Below, piece by piece: positions 40,075 to 49,941 of a stretch of 61,384 nt of DNA (position 1 is its first letter; each line of letters opens with the position of its first letter). The stretch is from a virus. The translations under genes were made by a program, and so were the position numbers. The stretch is from IMG/VR virus record IMGVR_UViG_3300050505_000464; one strand, 5' to 3'. The notes beneath the pieces were generated by a model. That model had not been told where the DNA came from, ran no database searches, and saw nothing but the letters and a program-made list of their open reading frames with translations.

Positions 40075-41493
40075 ATGACCATCCGCTCGAAATTGGGCGC
40101 TTCTGCACGCGGCACTCCCCGCGTGCCGCCGCCCGCAGCAGCGGGATCTCAAGGCGCACAAGGCGCCCGAGGAGCCCAGGGCTTCCAGGGGTCGACGGGT
40201 GCACAAGGAGTCCAAGGGGTAATCGGCGCGCAGGGTTTCCAGGGCGCGCAGGGCAGCCAAGGTTTTCAAGGGGCGACGGGCACGCAAGTCGTCGCCGATC
40301 TTGCCGCGCTCGAGCTCGTCCCCAACTCCCCGAACGGCGCCACCGTGTACGTGCTCGATCAAGCCGAGTCGTATCGACTCGACACGGCCAATACCTTCGT
40401 GGTGAGCTCTCCGCTCATCGTCGCGGCGCTTGGCGGCGGACGATGGTTTCGGAGAAGCAAAGAATACGTCGTCGGGAACTTCACGCTGTGGTGTACATCG
40501 TTTGGGTTTGGCGTCGTCGGATTTACCCCTGGGCAATTAGCCGTGAGCAGCGGAGCGTTGCCCGACATTCAGCTGGACGCCCATGTGTTATTTGGCACCG
40601 ATGATCTGAGGATCATCACCGATAGCCTGGGCAACCTTTGGGTAGTGGCGCGCAATACCGGATTCACGGTCATCAAGGCATACAAATTCCTGCTGAAGGA
40701 TTGCCTGGCCTCTGGCGCCATTGTCCCATCGGTGACGCTGAGTGTGCCGGTGCCTGCCTCGAGCGAGGCGCTGATGGCCTTCTTCGACAAGTTGAATGGG
40801 TTGTGGGTGGGTAACGGGACTCACGGAGCGTCAGGCGTGACGAGCTTGGTGCGGTATGGGCAACGGGACTACCAGCTGAGTCTCGGCACGCCGAGCACCA
40901 CCCTCGTTGCGGGATCGATTGCTCCCCTCACTACGTCAAACCAACAAGACGGGGTTTTGGATGGACAGGGCAACCTGTGGTGCACGATCGGATTTAGCGG
41001 AGACGCGGGCGGGGTCAACGGTGGGGTAGTGATGTTTAGCGCATCGCAACTGGCCGCGGGCGGCGCGGCGGTAGCGCCAGTAGTTGTCTGGAGCGGCTCG
41101 AACTTCGGTGCGGGCGCGGGAGGCGTGGGGCATACTTCCGGCGCCGCCATCTCGCCCGCGGGTCTGCTTTGGGTGGCGAGCCTCCGTAGCAACACCCTGA
41201 AGGCTTGGGATATTCGAAGCCCGTCGAGTGGAAACCCGGCGCCCGTAGTGACGATCACCTGCTCGGATTTCTCGAACTCCCTCAGCATTGCCTTTGACGC
41301 ATCGGGCAACCTTTGGGTGTGTGGCGTGTTTAGTACTAAGTTGATACGTATCCCGGCCGCCAGTTTGCTTGCGTCCGGAGCGGTGTCAGCAGACGTGATC
41401 CTCTCGCAGACGACCTTCGTGCTCGAAGAGACAGTGACATTCCCTAATAACCCCGATCGCGCAGGCCTGCTGCCCTCGGGGATTCCCGCGTGA
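40075..41493 (+). CDS. Short-collagen spike with beta-propeller (NHL/Vgb-like) head, paralog 1
   Basis: GXY stretch, GGGRW module, repeated DxxGNLW blades. Confidence 0.8.
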   Translation: MTIRSKLGASARGTPRVPPPAAAGSQGAQGARGAQGFQGSTGAQGVQGVIGAQGFQGAQGSQGFQGATGTQVVADLAALELVPNSPNGATVYVLDQAESYRLDTANTFVVSSPLIVAALGGGRWFRRSKEYVVGNFTLWCTSFGFGVVGFTPGQLAVSSGALPDIQLDAHVLFGTDDLRIITDSLGNLWVVARNTGFTVIKAYKFLLKDCLASGAIVPSVTLSVPVPASSEALMAFFDKLNGLWVGNGTHGASGVTSLVRYGQRDYQLSLGTPSTTLVAGSIAPLTTSNQQDGVLDGQGNLWCTIGFSGDAGGVNGGVVMFSASQLAAGGAAVAPVVVWSGSNFGAGAGGVGHTSGAAISPAGLLWVASLRSNTLKAWDIRSPSSGNPAPVVTITCSDFSNSLSIAFDASGNLWVCGVFSTKLIRIPAASLLASGAVSADVILSQTTFVLEETVTFPNNPDRAGLLPSGIPA

Positions 41494-41512
41494 CCGTGCT
41501 ATCGGAGCCCTC

Positions 41513-42919
41513 ATGACCATTCGCGCGAGATTAGGCGCTTCTGCCCGCGGCACCCCTCGCGTGCCTCCGCCCGCAGCCGCGGGATCGCAGGGCGCTCAAG
41601 GCGCGCGCGGTGCCCAGGGCTTTCAAGGTGCGCCTGGCGCGCAAGGGTTTCAGGGATCCGTTGGAGCGCAGGGCTTTCAAGGCGCGACGGGCACGCAAGT
41701 CGTCGCCGATCTTGCCGCGCTCGCGCTCGTTCCAAATTCCCAGAACGGCGCGAGCGTGTACGTGCTTGATCAGGGTGAATCGTATCGACTCGACACGGCG
41801 AACACTTTCGTCGCGAGCTCACCGCTCATCATTGCAGCGCTCGGTGGAGGCAGGTGGTTCCGACGGTCGAAAGCCTATGTCGTCGGGAACTTTTTCCTGT
41901 GGATTTGCAACACATCCGGCTTCGTCGCGAACGATGCGCTCGTGGGAGGATTCGGCCCCGGGCAGCAAGCGGCAGGCGCTGTGGCCCCGGACATTCTGAT
42001 TGACCTAAATGCGCTCACGGCTTCAGAAGGAAGCTTCCTCGACGGGGTGACCGTGGACAATCTCGGAAACCTGTGGGCGCTCGCGTTCCATCATACACCG
42101 ACCGGCGTCACGACCTGGGTGCACAAGCTCGCGCTGGCAGATGTGCTTCAGTCGGGATCTCCAACCCCGCGAGTGACGATCACGAACTCGCTCGCGAACT
42201 CCGGCGGACAGCAGGTGGTATTCGATAAAACGAACGCGCTGTATCTGTCAATTTTTACGGTCGCAGGCAACACCGGCTGCACGATCAAAAAATACGGCGC
42301 CGCGTCTTATGCGACGAGCGGCGCGCCGACTCCAGAGTGGACAATCGTGACGACCAACGTCGTCCCCGGAGAATTTCAAGACGCGCTGTTCGATGCGCAG
42401 GGGAACTTTTGGGTGTCGTGCTTCACCGGAGGACCCGATCCTAGTGGCGGCATGCAGATGGTCAGCTCGGCCCAATTGGCTGCGGGTGCTAACCCAGCGC
42501 TCGTGGCGGCTGTCTCATGGACGGGCACGAATTTTCTGCGCCCGATTGGGATGGCGTTTGGCCCGACCGGACTGCTGTGGGCTGCCAATTATGCGATTGG
42601 TGGCGGAGCGGCGAGCCGCCTCCGCGCCTGGGTTTATCAAGCGGCAGCGAGCGGTAACCCTGCCCCGGCCATCGACATCGCTGTGACGGGAGCCAATGGC
42701 CTCGTCGCGCTGGCGTTCACTCCTGAGGGTGACGCCTGGGTGATTGCCCAAGATGATTCCAAGACAGTGCTACTCACCGCCGCTCAGCTCGCGGCGAGCG
42801 GTACAGTCGCAGCGGGGCGTTCGTTGATCGTGGGTCCTGGGTTCCCGCAGACGATCATGTTCCCGAACAACCCCTACCGTTCGGGATTGGTCCCCTCAGG
42901 GGTCCCCCTAATCCCGTAG
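41513..42919 (+). CDS. Short-collagen spike with beta-propeller head, paralog 2
   Basis: N-terminal ~120 aa nearly identical to paralog 1; diverged propeller; shared C-terminal FPNNP.R.GL.PSG.P. Confidence 0.8.
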   Translation: MTIRARLGASARGTPRVPPPAAAGSQGAQGARGAQGFQGAPGAQGFQGSVGAQGFQGATGTQVVADLAALALVPNSQNGASVYVLDQGESYRLDTANTFVASSPLIIAALGGGRWFRRSKAYVVGNFFLWICNTSGFVANDALVGGFGPGQQAAGAVAPDILIDLNALTASEGSFLDGVTVDNLGNLWALAFHHTPTGVTTWVHKLALADVLQSGSPTPRVTITNSLANSGGQQVVFDKTNALYLSIFTVAGNTGCTIKKYGAASYATSGAPTPEWTIVTTNVVPGEFQDALFDAQGNFWVSCFTGGPDPSGGMQMVSSAQLAAGANPALVAAVSWTGTNFLRPIGMAFGPTGLLWAANYAIGGGAASRLRAWVYQAAASGNPAPAIDIAVTGANGLVALAFTPEGDAWVIAQDDSKTVLLTAAQLAASGTVAAGRSLIVGPGFPQTIMFPNNPYRSGLVPSGVPLIP

Positions 42920-42988
42920 GCTTCGGTGTCCAGTGGGCTGAGGTGGTCCGGGGAGAGTCCCCCTGCGCCCTATTACCCCTCTCGGCCC

Positions 42989-43024
42989 AAAAAGTTGCTG
43001 GGCGCCCCACCCCTCCGGTAGATT
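42989..43024 (+). promoter_or_regulatory. Late-type promoter
   Basis: AAAAAG-TTGCTG-18bp-TAGATT. Confidence 0.65.
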
Positions 43025-43063
43025 TAGTTCCGCCATGGCGCACCCCCATCGTGTTGAGGCCAT

Positions 43064-43411
43064 ATGACCGTCGAGCTCACCGACGCCCAATTCGATCACC
43101 TGATCGACGAACTCGCCAAAACCCGGGTAGCGACCTTGACCGCGATCAGCGATCTCGAGGGAAAACTCACCAAAAGGATCGACGATCTGAGATCAGGCAT
43201 GGGCCTGATGCACACGACGTTCAATGTGATCGAGGAAGATGTCGGGAAAATTCAAGCGACCTTGCGCGAGCACACGCAAGCCCTCGAAGGGTTGACCGAG
43301 CTCAGTAAGACGAATTTCGATATGCTGGAAAGCGTCAACAAGCACATTCACGGAGAATCGAGCACCATTAGCCATGACGATCACGCGATCCGAGGGACCC
43401 AGCCCCAGTGA
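43064..43411 (+). CDS. Coiled-coil protein
   Basis: GAGG RBS, heptad pattern. Confidence 0.6.
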   Translation: MTVELTDAQFDHLIDELAKTRVATLTAISDLEGKLTKRIDDLRSGMGLMHTTFNVIEEDVGKIQATLREHTQALEGLTELSKTNFDMLESVNKHIHGESSTISHDDHAIRGTQPQ

Positions 43412-43766
43412 TCCCGTCGTGCTCTTCGTGGACGACGAAGAGACAGCTCTGTCGACTTTCCGAAGGTTCTTTGCTCGTGAGCCCATCGTCATTCTGACCG
43501 CGTCATCGGGTCTGCACGCCCTCGATTTGCTCGCTCGACAGTCGGTCGATCTCGTCGTTGCAGACTACTGGATGCGCGGCATGCACGGCATCGCATTCCT
43601 GGGAGAAGTCGGGCGGCTCTACCCGGACTTGCCCCGCCTGCTCTTCACGGGCCTGCCCGACTCCCAGATCGTGCTCGAGGCCGGTGTCCGCGTGTTGACC
43701 AAGGACATGGATCCGGGGCTCATCCGCCGCGTCATCCTGCGCGAAGCGAGGCGCCGCCGTGGCTGA
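43374..43766 (+). CDS. Stand-alone response regulator receiver (CheY-like)
   Basis: VLFVDDE, VDLVVADYWM (phospho-Asp), LLFTG, LTK. Confidence 0.88.
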   Translation: MTITRSEGPSPSDPVVLFVDDEETALSTFRRFFAREPIVILTASSGLHALDLLARQSVDLVVADYWMRGMHGIAFLGEVGRLYPDLPRLLFTGLPDSQIVLEAGVRVLTKDMDPGLIRRVILREARRRRG

Positions 43767-44535
43767 TGATCCCAAGCGCTCCCGCCCGACGCTCCCCCCT
43801 CACGATCGCGGCGAAGATCCGCCACCCGGCGTGTACCGGGCGCTCCCCGCCCACACCATCAAGGGCGAGCCCATCGCCCGCATGGCGCTGAAGGCCCCCA
43901 AGGTCCCCGCCTCTGCCCTCGATCCGCACCAAGCGCTCTTGAGCGCCATCGCTGCGACCGAAGGCCGCATGCTGGCCGAGATCTCCGACAAGCGGGAGGA
44001 AGAAGAGGAGCGGCAGGTCGAGCGCCAGCGCGCCTTCGAGGCCCAGCTCCGCTCGGAGCTCCGAAAGCTCGTCGTGCACGAGGTGAAGAGCTGCCCGCCG
44101 CCGCCTCTGCCTGAGGTGAAAAAGAAGTTTGAATGGAGCCACCTCCAGTACGTCGCCGCATTCGTCGTGGCCCTGACGGGGCTCATCGCGATGATCATCA
44201 ACGCGCAAAAGCCGAGCCCCGAGGTGCTCAAGCACTTCGAAGCGCTCGAGACATCGCTCGCCAAGACCGACAAGAAGATCGACGCGCACATCGAGGCTGA
44301 AGCCAAGCAGCGCTCGGACGATCGCAACGAAGACTACCGCTACAACCTGGACGTACGGAGCTGGGTGACGGACGTACTGGAGCGAGCAGCCAGCGTGAAG
44401 ATCGACGACCCCCCCGGCACGCCTCCCCGCGACCCGCTTCGCTTCTACCCTTCCCCGCTCGTCGATCCTCACAAGGTGACGGGCACTCACATCGTGCAAC
44501 CGCGGGATCCCTACCCGGTCCCGCCCAAACCCTGA
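43759..44535 (+). CDS. Single-pass membrane protein with coiled coils
   Basis: TM YVAAFVVALTGLIAMII; lysis-region context. Confidence 0.65.
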   Translation: MADDPKRSRPTLPPHDRGEDPPPGVYRALPAHTIKGEPIARMALKAPKVPASALDPHQALLSAIAATEGRMLAEISDKREEEEERQVERQRAFEAQLRSELRKLVVHEVKSCPPPPLPEVKKKFEWSHLQYVAAFVVALTGLIAMIINAQKPSPEVLKHFEALETSLAKTDKKIDAHIEAEAKQRSDDRNEDYRYNLDVRSWVTDVLERAASVKIDDPPGTPPRDPLRFYPSPLVDPHKVTGTHIVQPRDPYPVPPKP

Positions 44536-44544
44536 AAGACCGCC

Positions 44545-44997
44545 ATGCCCCAGCCGCTGATCGATCTGTACGCCTCCCTCACCACCCAGAACTGGTTTGC
44601 CTCCGCCGCACTCACCATCATGATCGGCACGCAGCTCCTGAAGAGCCTGCCCTGGCTCCGCCAGAAGATCTGGCTCAAGATCCCGGTCGGCTACCGCTGG
44701 AGCGTGCCGGTCATCGCCGGGGCGTGCACGGCATTCGTGCATGGCTTCGAGGCGCACGAGACGGCGGCGGCCTCCGTCTGGGACGCGATCAAGATTGCCC
44801 TGTCGGCCATGGGCGCCGCTGCCGCGCTGAAAGAGTCCCCGCTCCCCTGGAGCGGCGGCGCGGGCGGCGCTCCCCTGCCTGCCCCTGCGCCCGCTCCAGC
44901 TCCCGACCCCGTTATCCCGCCGCTCATGGATGCGGCCCACGATGACGAGCCGACCCCGGTGGATGGCCCGCCACCTCCACCCCGCCACGTGGCGTGA
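44545..44997 (+). CDS. Holin-like multi-pass membrane protein
   Basis: About three hydrophobic helices, Pro-rich tail. Confidence 0.5.
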   Translation: MPQPLIDLYASLTTQNWFASAALTIMIGTQLLKSLPWLRQKIWLKIPVGYRWSVPVIAGACTAFVHGFEAHETAAASVWDAIKIALSAMGAAAALKESPLPWSGGAGGAPLPAPAPAPAPDPVIPPLMDAAHDDEPTPVDGPPPPPRHVA

Positions 44998-45000
44998 CAG

Positions 45001-45035
45001 AAAAGCTTGAGTGCCTGGCGACAACCGGGTAGCTT
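45001..45035 (+). promoter_or_regulatory. Late-type promoter
   Basis: AAAAGC-TTGAGT-17bp-(GGG)TAGCTT. Confidence 0.6.
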
Positions 45036-45045
45036 TGGAGCATCC

Positions 45046-45459
45046 ATGGCCAACGACTTCGACGACGACGATCTTGCAAATCAGGGCGATGGCGTCTTCG
45101 CCGGCGACGCGGTGAGGGAGTTCGGGAAGGTCGCGACGGTGGTCGATCCGAAGTCGCGGCTCCTGAAGACGCGCTGCACCTGCAACAACTGCGGCAGGAA
45201 AAACGATATTTATTTTTCCTGGGAAGAGATCATCGTCGGATCGCAGTCCCTCGTCCCCCAGGGCTGGAACGTTGGCAACGGCACCCTCTACCCAAACATC
45301 GGCTGCGCCCTCGGCAACTGCCACGTGCTGCTCAACATCCACTACACGCCCGCCGAGCTCCAGCGCTACGTGCAGATGGGCGTAAGCCAGGGCGCGCTCG
45401 ATCCGGCGCAGGCCACGCAGATCGCTCAGCAAGCCCGCGCTGCGGCAGGGCGTCGCTGA
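45046..45459 (+). CDS. Hypothetical Cys-containing protein
   Basis: GGAG RBS; CNNC...C..C. Confidence 0.6.
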   Translation: MANDFDDDDLANQGDGVFAGDAVREFGKVATVVDPKSRLLKTRCTCNNCGRKNDIYFSWEEIIVGSQSLVPQGWNVGNGTLYPNIGCALGNCHVLLNIHYTPAELQRYVQMGVSQGALDPAQATQIAQQARAAAGRR

Positions 45460-45474
45460 GTTTTCTCTCCGCAC

Positions 45475-46026
45475 ATGGCGAGCCCCGCGCGCTGTTTGCC
45501 CGGCATCGACAGCGCCGCTTACCAGCCGCTCGATCCCGATGAGGCCTACTCCGTCCTCGAGCCGTACTTCAACGCCGTCCGCGACGACTACCTGAGCGCG
45601 GGCTTCAAGCTCGTCAAACGCGTGCGGCTCTTCGTCGCTCCCGCGATGCACGATTCGGAGCGCCACTTTGGCGCCTGCAAGGACGACGGATCGATGATCC
45701 TGCTCGCTCCCGAGCTCGCGGACGTGGCGGACACGGTGATGCTCGCTATCATGGCGCATGAGTTTGGGCACGCGACGGATTTTCTCTATCCGGGGGAGTT
45801 TGTGCTCAACGACGGCGGCCCCGCCTTGCGTCGCCCGAAGGCGCAGGTCGAAGGCAAGCAGTGGAGCAAATGGCTCAAGGCCTGGCACCGGCGCGACGCC
45901 GACGTAGTCGAGCTCACGGCCGATGCGATCGCCGAGCGCGTGATGGGGATGCCGTATGGATACCTCGGCCCATGCCACATTCAGAGCTTCGATGCGACGC
46001 GGGCGCGCCCGATGGGTTTGCGCTAG
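45475..46026 (+). CDS. Zincin-like metallopeptidase
   Basis: MAHEFGH (HExxH) and downstream ELTAD (ExxAD). Confidence 0.7.
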   Translation: MASPARCLPGIDSAAYQPLDPDEAYSVLEPYFNAVRDDYLSAGFKLVKRVRLFVAPAMHDSERHFGACKDDGSMILLAPELADVADTVMLAIMAHEFGHATDFLYPGEFVLNDGGPALRRPKAQVEGKQWSKWLKAWHRRDADVVELTADAIAERVMGMPYGYLGPCHIQSFDATRARPMGLR

Positions 46027-46059
46027 CGAGTGAGGCAGGAGTGCGGGTAATCTCGCACG

Positions 46060-46785
46060 ATGTCCGCTCGTGCCCTTGCTGAATGCGCTTCTCCGGAAGC
46101 GGAGCTTCCCGCGCGCTCGTATGCCGAGCGCCTCGTGCTGCTCAAGCAGTACTTGCCGCTCGTGCGGCACGTGGCTGGTCAATACGCCCGGAAGCTCGCG
46201 CGCTTCTATGACTACGATGACATCGTCGCGATGGGTCAGCTGACGGTCTGGAAGAGTACGATGACCTACCGAGAAGACGGTGGCGCTAGTTTCAAGACGT
46301 ACGCGTATATCTCGCTCATGCACCGCTTCGAGTTGCTCCGTCGCACGGGTCGAAGCAAGAAGCGGCAGGGGATCGTCTCCAGTATGGACGAAGAGGACGA
46401 TTTCGGGGAGTCGCGGCGTCAAATCCGTACCGAGCTTCCGGCGCCGGATGCGCGCCTGGAGACGACCGAGGCGGAAGCCCTCATCGGTCAGGTGCTCGGT
46501 CAGCTCTCGCCCCGCGAGCGCTACGTGATCGAGCAGCGCTTCGTCGAGGAGCGCACCTTCGAGTCGATTGCCCTCGACTGGGACATTTCCCGCGAGCGCA
46601 TCCGGCAGATCGAAAAGCGCGCGATCGGCAAACTCCGGCGCTTGCTGCTGCCGCACTATCCGGCCGCTCGCGGGGGTCCGGCCCCCGTGAGCTCGTCGCA
46701 GGCGCGCCCGCTGACCGAGCGAAAGATTCAAGATCGCCAGCGCCTCATGGCCCGAAAAGTTGCTTCGGATTCGGGATCCGGGTAG
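46060..46785 (+). CDS. RNA polymerase sigma-70 family factor
   Basis: Region 2 (YLPLVRHVA...DDIVAMG...FKTYA) and region 4 (LSPRERYVI...ISRERIRQIE). Confidence 0.88.
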   Translation: MSARALAECASPEAELPARSYAERLVLLKQYLPLVRHVAGQYARKLARFYDYDDIVAMGQLTVWKSTMTYREDGGASFKTYAYISLMHRFELLRRTGRSKKRQGIVSSMDEEDDFGESRRQIRTELPAPDARLETTEAEALIGQVLGQLSPRERYVIEQRFVEERTFESIALDWDISRERIRQIEKRAIGKLRRLLLPHYPAARGGPAPVSSSQARPLTERKIQDRQRLMARKVASDSGSG

Positions 46786-46788
46786 CTT
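46755..46788 (+). promoter_or_regulatory. Late-type promoter
   Basis: AAAAG-TTGCTT-17bp-(GGG)TAGCTT; ATG at 46796. Confidence 0.6.
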
Positions 46789-46795
46789 TTTGTCA

Positions 46796-47422
46796 ATGGC
46801 CGATTCCCCGAAGAAGCAGAAACACCCCTACGGCGCGCTCTTCTGGGGCACCGTCGGCGCCCTGTGTGCGTTCCGGGCGCTGTATCACCCGTGGCGGACG
46901 CTGGTCAAAGACGGCTTTGCGTCCCGCTGCGCGGGCGCATTTTCGTGCGATCCGGCGATGACCATCACGAGCTTCTCGGGGCAGACCGAAGTGTACTCTC
47001 CGGTGCGCGGCGTCGTGGCCGACGCCATGCCGGGGCGCATCCTGATCATCCCCTCGGACCAGGCCGTCGTGCTCGAGTACTCGGGCGATCCGGAAGCCTT
47101 CCTCGCGCAGATGCACTCGGGCGACGCCGTGAGCGCCGGTGAGCAGATCGGGCTCGCCAGCACCGTCAAATTCGCGGTCTGGAATCTCTCCCGGCTCCCC
47201 ACCGGCAAGGCCGCGCTCGGCACCGCCATCGAGCCGGCGAGCTGGCTTGCGACGCACGGCGCGAAGATCAGCGCCAAGTTCCACGTGCCGAGCCCGCAAG
47301 CGGCATGGTGCTCGGGCGGTCGAAAGCTCGTCGTGCCGCAGACACTGGCTTCCCAGTGCGGCATCGAACTGCCGGCTCCCTCCGGTTACGCATTGCTCCC
47401 GATGTCCGTCACGATGGGGTGA
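46796..47422 (+). CDS. Membrane-anchored M23/LytM-fold-like protein, catalytic His not evident
   Basis: VYSPVRGVV, SGDAVSAGEQIG, IEPASWL; N-terminal TM. Confidence 0.5.
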   Translation: MADSPKKQKHPYGALFWGTVGALCAFRALYHPWRTLVKDGFASRCAGAFSCDPAMTITSFSGQTEVYSPVRGVVADAMPGRILIIPSDQAVVLEYSGDPEAFLAQMHSGDAVSAGEQIGLASTVKFAVWNLSRLPTGKAALGTAIEPASWLATHGAKISAKFHVPSPQAAWCSGGRKLVVPQTLASQCGIELPAPSGYALLPMSVTMG

Positions 47423-47676
47423 TTGCCGATGGCAAAGCCCGCGGATCTCAACGAGCAGTTTGCGCGTGAGTTGCAGGTGCTGCTCGACGATCCCGATCTC
47501 GCGGGAGAGTTCTTTGCGACGGAAGAATTTCCGAAGGACGACATCCCAGCGCTACGCGAATGGGTGAGCGAGCAGATCGCCGACGCCCTGCCAGAGTCCC
47601 GAGCGCTCGCGCGATTCATCCGCTCGTGCCTGACTACCGCAGAAGTCGTCAACTACCTCCGCCGCTGGAACACCTG

Positions 47677-48015
47677 ATGCTCGCCGCTACTTCGAAGCCC
47701 ACGCCGCTGCCGCCGATCTCTCAGGGAACGCAGCAGCTCATCGGCTACGGCCTTCTCCTCGGCGGCGCCGCGGTCGTGGGGAAACTCATGATCGATGGGC
47801 TGGTGGGTGACATGGAGGCGGCCAAGGCGAGGAAGGCCTTCATCGGTCCGATTCAGGAGTCGCCGCCGCCTCCACGCGACGTGCACGTCAAGCTCAGCGA
47901 CTGCGTGCGCTTCGTGGCGATGTGCGCGAGCGTGTACTCGATATTGGCGGAGCTACCGACGCTCGTCTCGCAGTGGGGGCAGGTCGAGTCGACGGTCGAG
48001 GATTTGATCAAATGA
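47677..48015 (+). CDS. Small membrane protein
   Basis: Two hydrophobic segments; TGATG coupling. Confidence 0.55.
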   Translation: MLAATSKPTPLPPISQGTQQLIGYGLLLGGAAVVGKLMIDGLVGDMEAAKARKAFIGPIQESPPPPRDVHVKLSDCVRFVAMCASVYSILAELPTLVSQWGQVESTVEDLIK

Positions 48016-48232
48016 GCCTCCCGACCGACGATCGGCCCTACGAGTGCAGTGGATGCGGGGTGCTGTACAGCGTGCCGCCGCCACCGGAGCGGCTGGCGAT
48101 CGATCTCTCGTGCAAGCACTGCGGGCACAAGGACACGCTTCTTCACCCGACGCGGCGCGTGTGTGAGGGGTGCGGGATCTGCGGGATCTGTGGCGCTGCG
48201 CACACGGTGATGGTGAGAGGACCGGTGAGGGT

Positions 48233-48970
48233 ATGACGATTCGGCAAGCAGTGGTGGAGGTGTTCCCGAGGTTTACAGCTCCGCTCGAGGGCTGCGTGCT
48301 CTGGCCCTACCAGGACATTTTGGGCCTCGTCACGATCGGCTACGGCTGCCTCATCGAGCCCGAAGCGCTCGCTGCGGCGGTGCCCGGCTGGGTGGACTCG
48401 CCGTCGCCCGCCACGATCGCCGCCGAATGGAACAAGGTGAACGCCCTGCCCAAGGCGATGCACTTCAATCGCTACAAGGAAGCGTGCTCGCTGAGGCTCA
48501 CGCAGTCGGGAGTCGATGCGCTCCTCCAGCAGCGCATGGAACTCTTCGAAGGCACGCTCAAGCACTACTACCCCGCGTGGGATGACTTTCCTGCTGACGC
48601 GCAGCTCGCGATCATGGCAATGGCCTGGGCTTGCGGCGCAGGCTTCCCGAAAACCTTCACGAACTTCTCCCACTTCGTCTTGCAGCGCGACTGGGCGAGC
48701 GCTGCGCGCTGCGCGAAGATCCGCGAAGACGGCAATCCCGGTGTCCACCCGCGGAACCTCCAGGTGCAGCTCTGCCTCGCCAACGCCGCTGCGATCGATG
48801 ACGGCGACTACGGCACCCCCGCCCTCTACTGGCCGAACCCCGTCCACGATGCGGTCGCTCCCTTGAGCGATCCCATCCCGCTCCACGTGCGGGCGAGCGA
48901 GGCCTTCGCGAGCTTCAACGTGTACGAGCACGGGCTCACGGGGCACGGGCATCTGGAAGAGGCGGCGTAG
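48233..48970 (+). CDS. Phage lysozyme-like endolysin (GH24-like)
   Basis: EG-x7-D-x5-TIGYG catalytic pattern; AQLAIMAMAW, DWASAA. Confidence 0.8.
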   Translation: MTIRQAVVEVFPRFTAPLEGCVLWPYQDILGLVTIGYGCLIEPEALAAAVPGWVDSPSPATIAAEWNKVNALPKAMHFNRYKEACSLRLTQSGVDALLQQRMELFEGTLKHYYPAWDDFPADAQLAIMAMAWACGAGFPKTFTNFSHFVLQRDWASAARCAKIREDGNPGVHPRNLQVQLCLANAAAIDDGDYGTPALYWPNPVHDAVAPLSDPIPLHVRASEAFASFNVYEHGLTGHGHLEEAA

Positions 48971-49510
48971 ATGGCCACGGCAGAAGACGCAGCGCGCTGG
49001 ATCGCTTTCGAGTCGGAGGACCATGACTCCTTCGGTGGTGAGAAGGGCAACGGCTGGGCGCGCGCAACAACGGATGACGTGGCCGCGGGTCTTGGAATCG
49101 ACACCGAGGTAGCCTATCGCTTGCTGAAGTCAGCCGCGCGTAAGGGCCTCGTCATTCAAGACAAGGCGCGGCGTAAAGGTGTGACGACGAAGCGCTACGG
49201 GGAGAGCCAAGTTGGCTGGGCGATCTGGGAAGTGCACCTCGACGACGAGCAGACGCGGGAGTTCGAGAGGCGCCAGCTGCAGCCGAACGCCTCCTACTAC
49301 GTCTGGGTGCTCGCTCCGCATTCGGACGCGCCGCTCTCGAGCGAAGGGCCCTACGGCCCGCACCCCCTCAAGCGGGCAGAGCAGATGGCGCGCATCGGTG
49401 CGACTGAAGGCATCCATGATCGCGCCGTGAGCCTCGGCAGAGATCCAGAGGCCCACGGGTTTCGCATCGAGCGGCGCTATCAGGCTCGCTCGGGCAAGCG
49501 GATCGTTTAG
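48971..49510 (+). CDS. Two-domain protein (wHTH-like plus unknown) joined by LQPNAS
   Basis: TTDDVAAGLGIDTEVAYRLLKSAARKGLV HTH pattern. Confidence 0.6.
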   Translation: MATAEDAARWIAFESEDHDSFGGEKGNGWARATTDDVAAGLGIDTEVAYRLLKSAARKGLVIQDKARRKGVTTKRYGESQVGWAIWEVHLDDEQTREFERRQLQPNASYYVWVLAPHSDAPLSSEGPYGPHPLKRAEQMARIGATEGIHDRAVSLGRDPEAHGFRIERRYQARSGKRIV

Positions 49511-49726
49511 TCGACCGGCTCGAAATTATCCGCGAAATAATCAGCCGCGATCAGCCATTGGTCGTCGTGATTCTTTGGGTTGCGAGCGATCATGTCACCA
49601 GGTTTAGGTGACCCAGCGTCCTTGTCCGTAGGGCTGATTGAAACGCGATCCGAAAGCGTCTCCCCTGGAACGGAACTCACGGATCTCGGCGATTTGTTTG
49701 CGTCGGTATTGCTTAAACTCGCTCAT
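49507..49726 (-). pseudogene. Frameshifted small conserved phage gene
   Basis: Deleting one base near 49672 restores MSEFKQYRRKQIAEIREFVPGETLSDRVSIS...GDMIARNPKNHDDQWLIAADYFADNFEPVD*; span 220 nt = 3n+1. Confidence 0.75.
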
Positions 49727-49941
49727 TTGGTGCTCTCTACTTTCGGGTTGGCGTCTTACCAAAGTATGCTCGGGCAGTCGGATCGATTAGCGCTTCCGGC
49801 GCGCGCTGCCGGCTAGAGCGCCGAACAGGATGAAAAAAAACAACAGCGCGCCGCCGATGACATCTGATGTCGTCCATGGAGTAGGCGGATCGGAGGCGTG
49901 CTCGCGAAGCCTCGCCAAGACTTCTGGTGTAAACGGGAAGA

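Noticed and set aside
42920-42980. GC hairpin (GGGGAGAGTCCCC) after the spike genes as an intrinsic terminator
   Set aside because: Short stem with no U-tract; cannot be supported.
43732-46731. 999-aa minus-strand ORF
   Set aside because: Antisense shadow of well-supported plus-strand genes (sigma factor, peptidase, membrane proteins); no motifs; expected in high-GC DNA.
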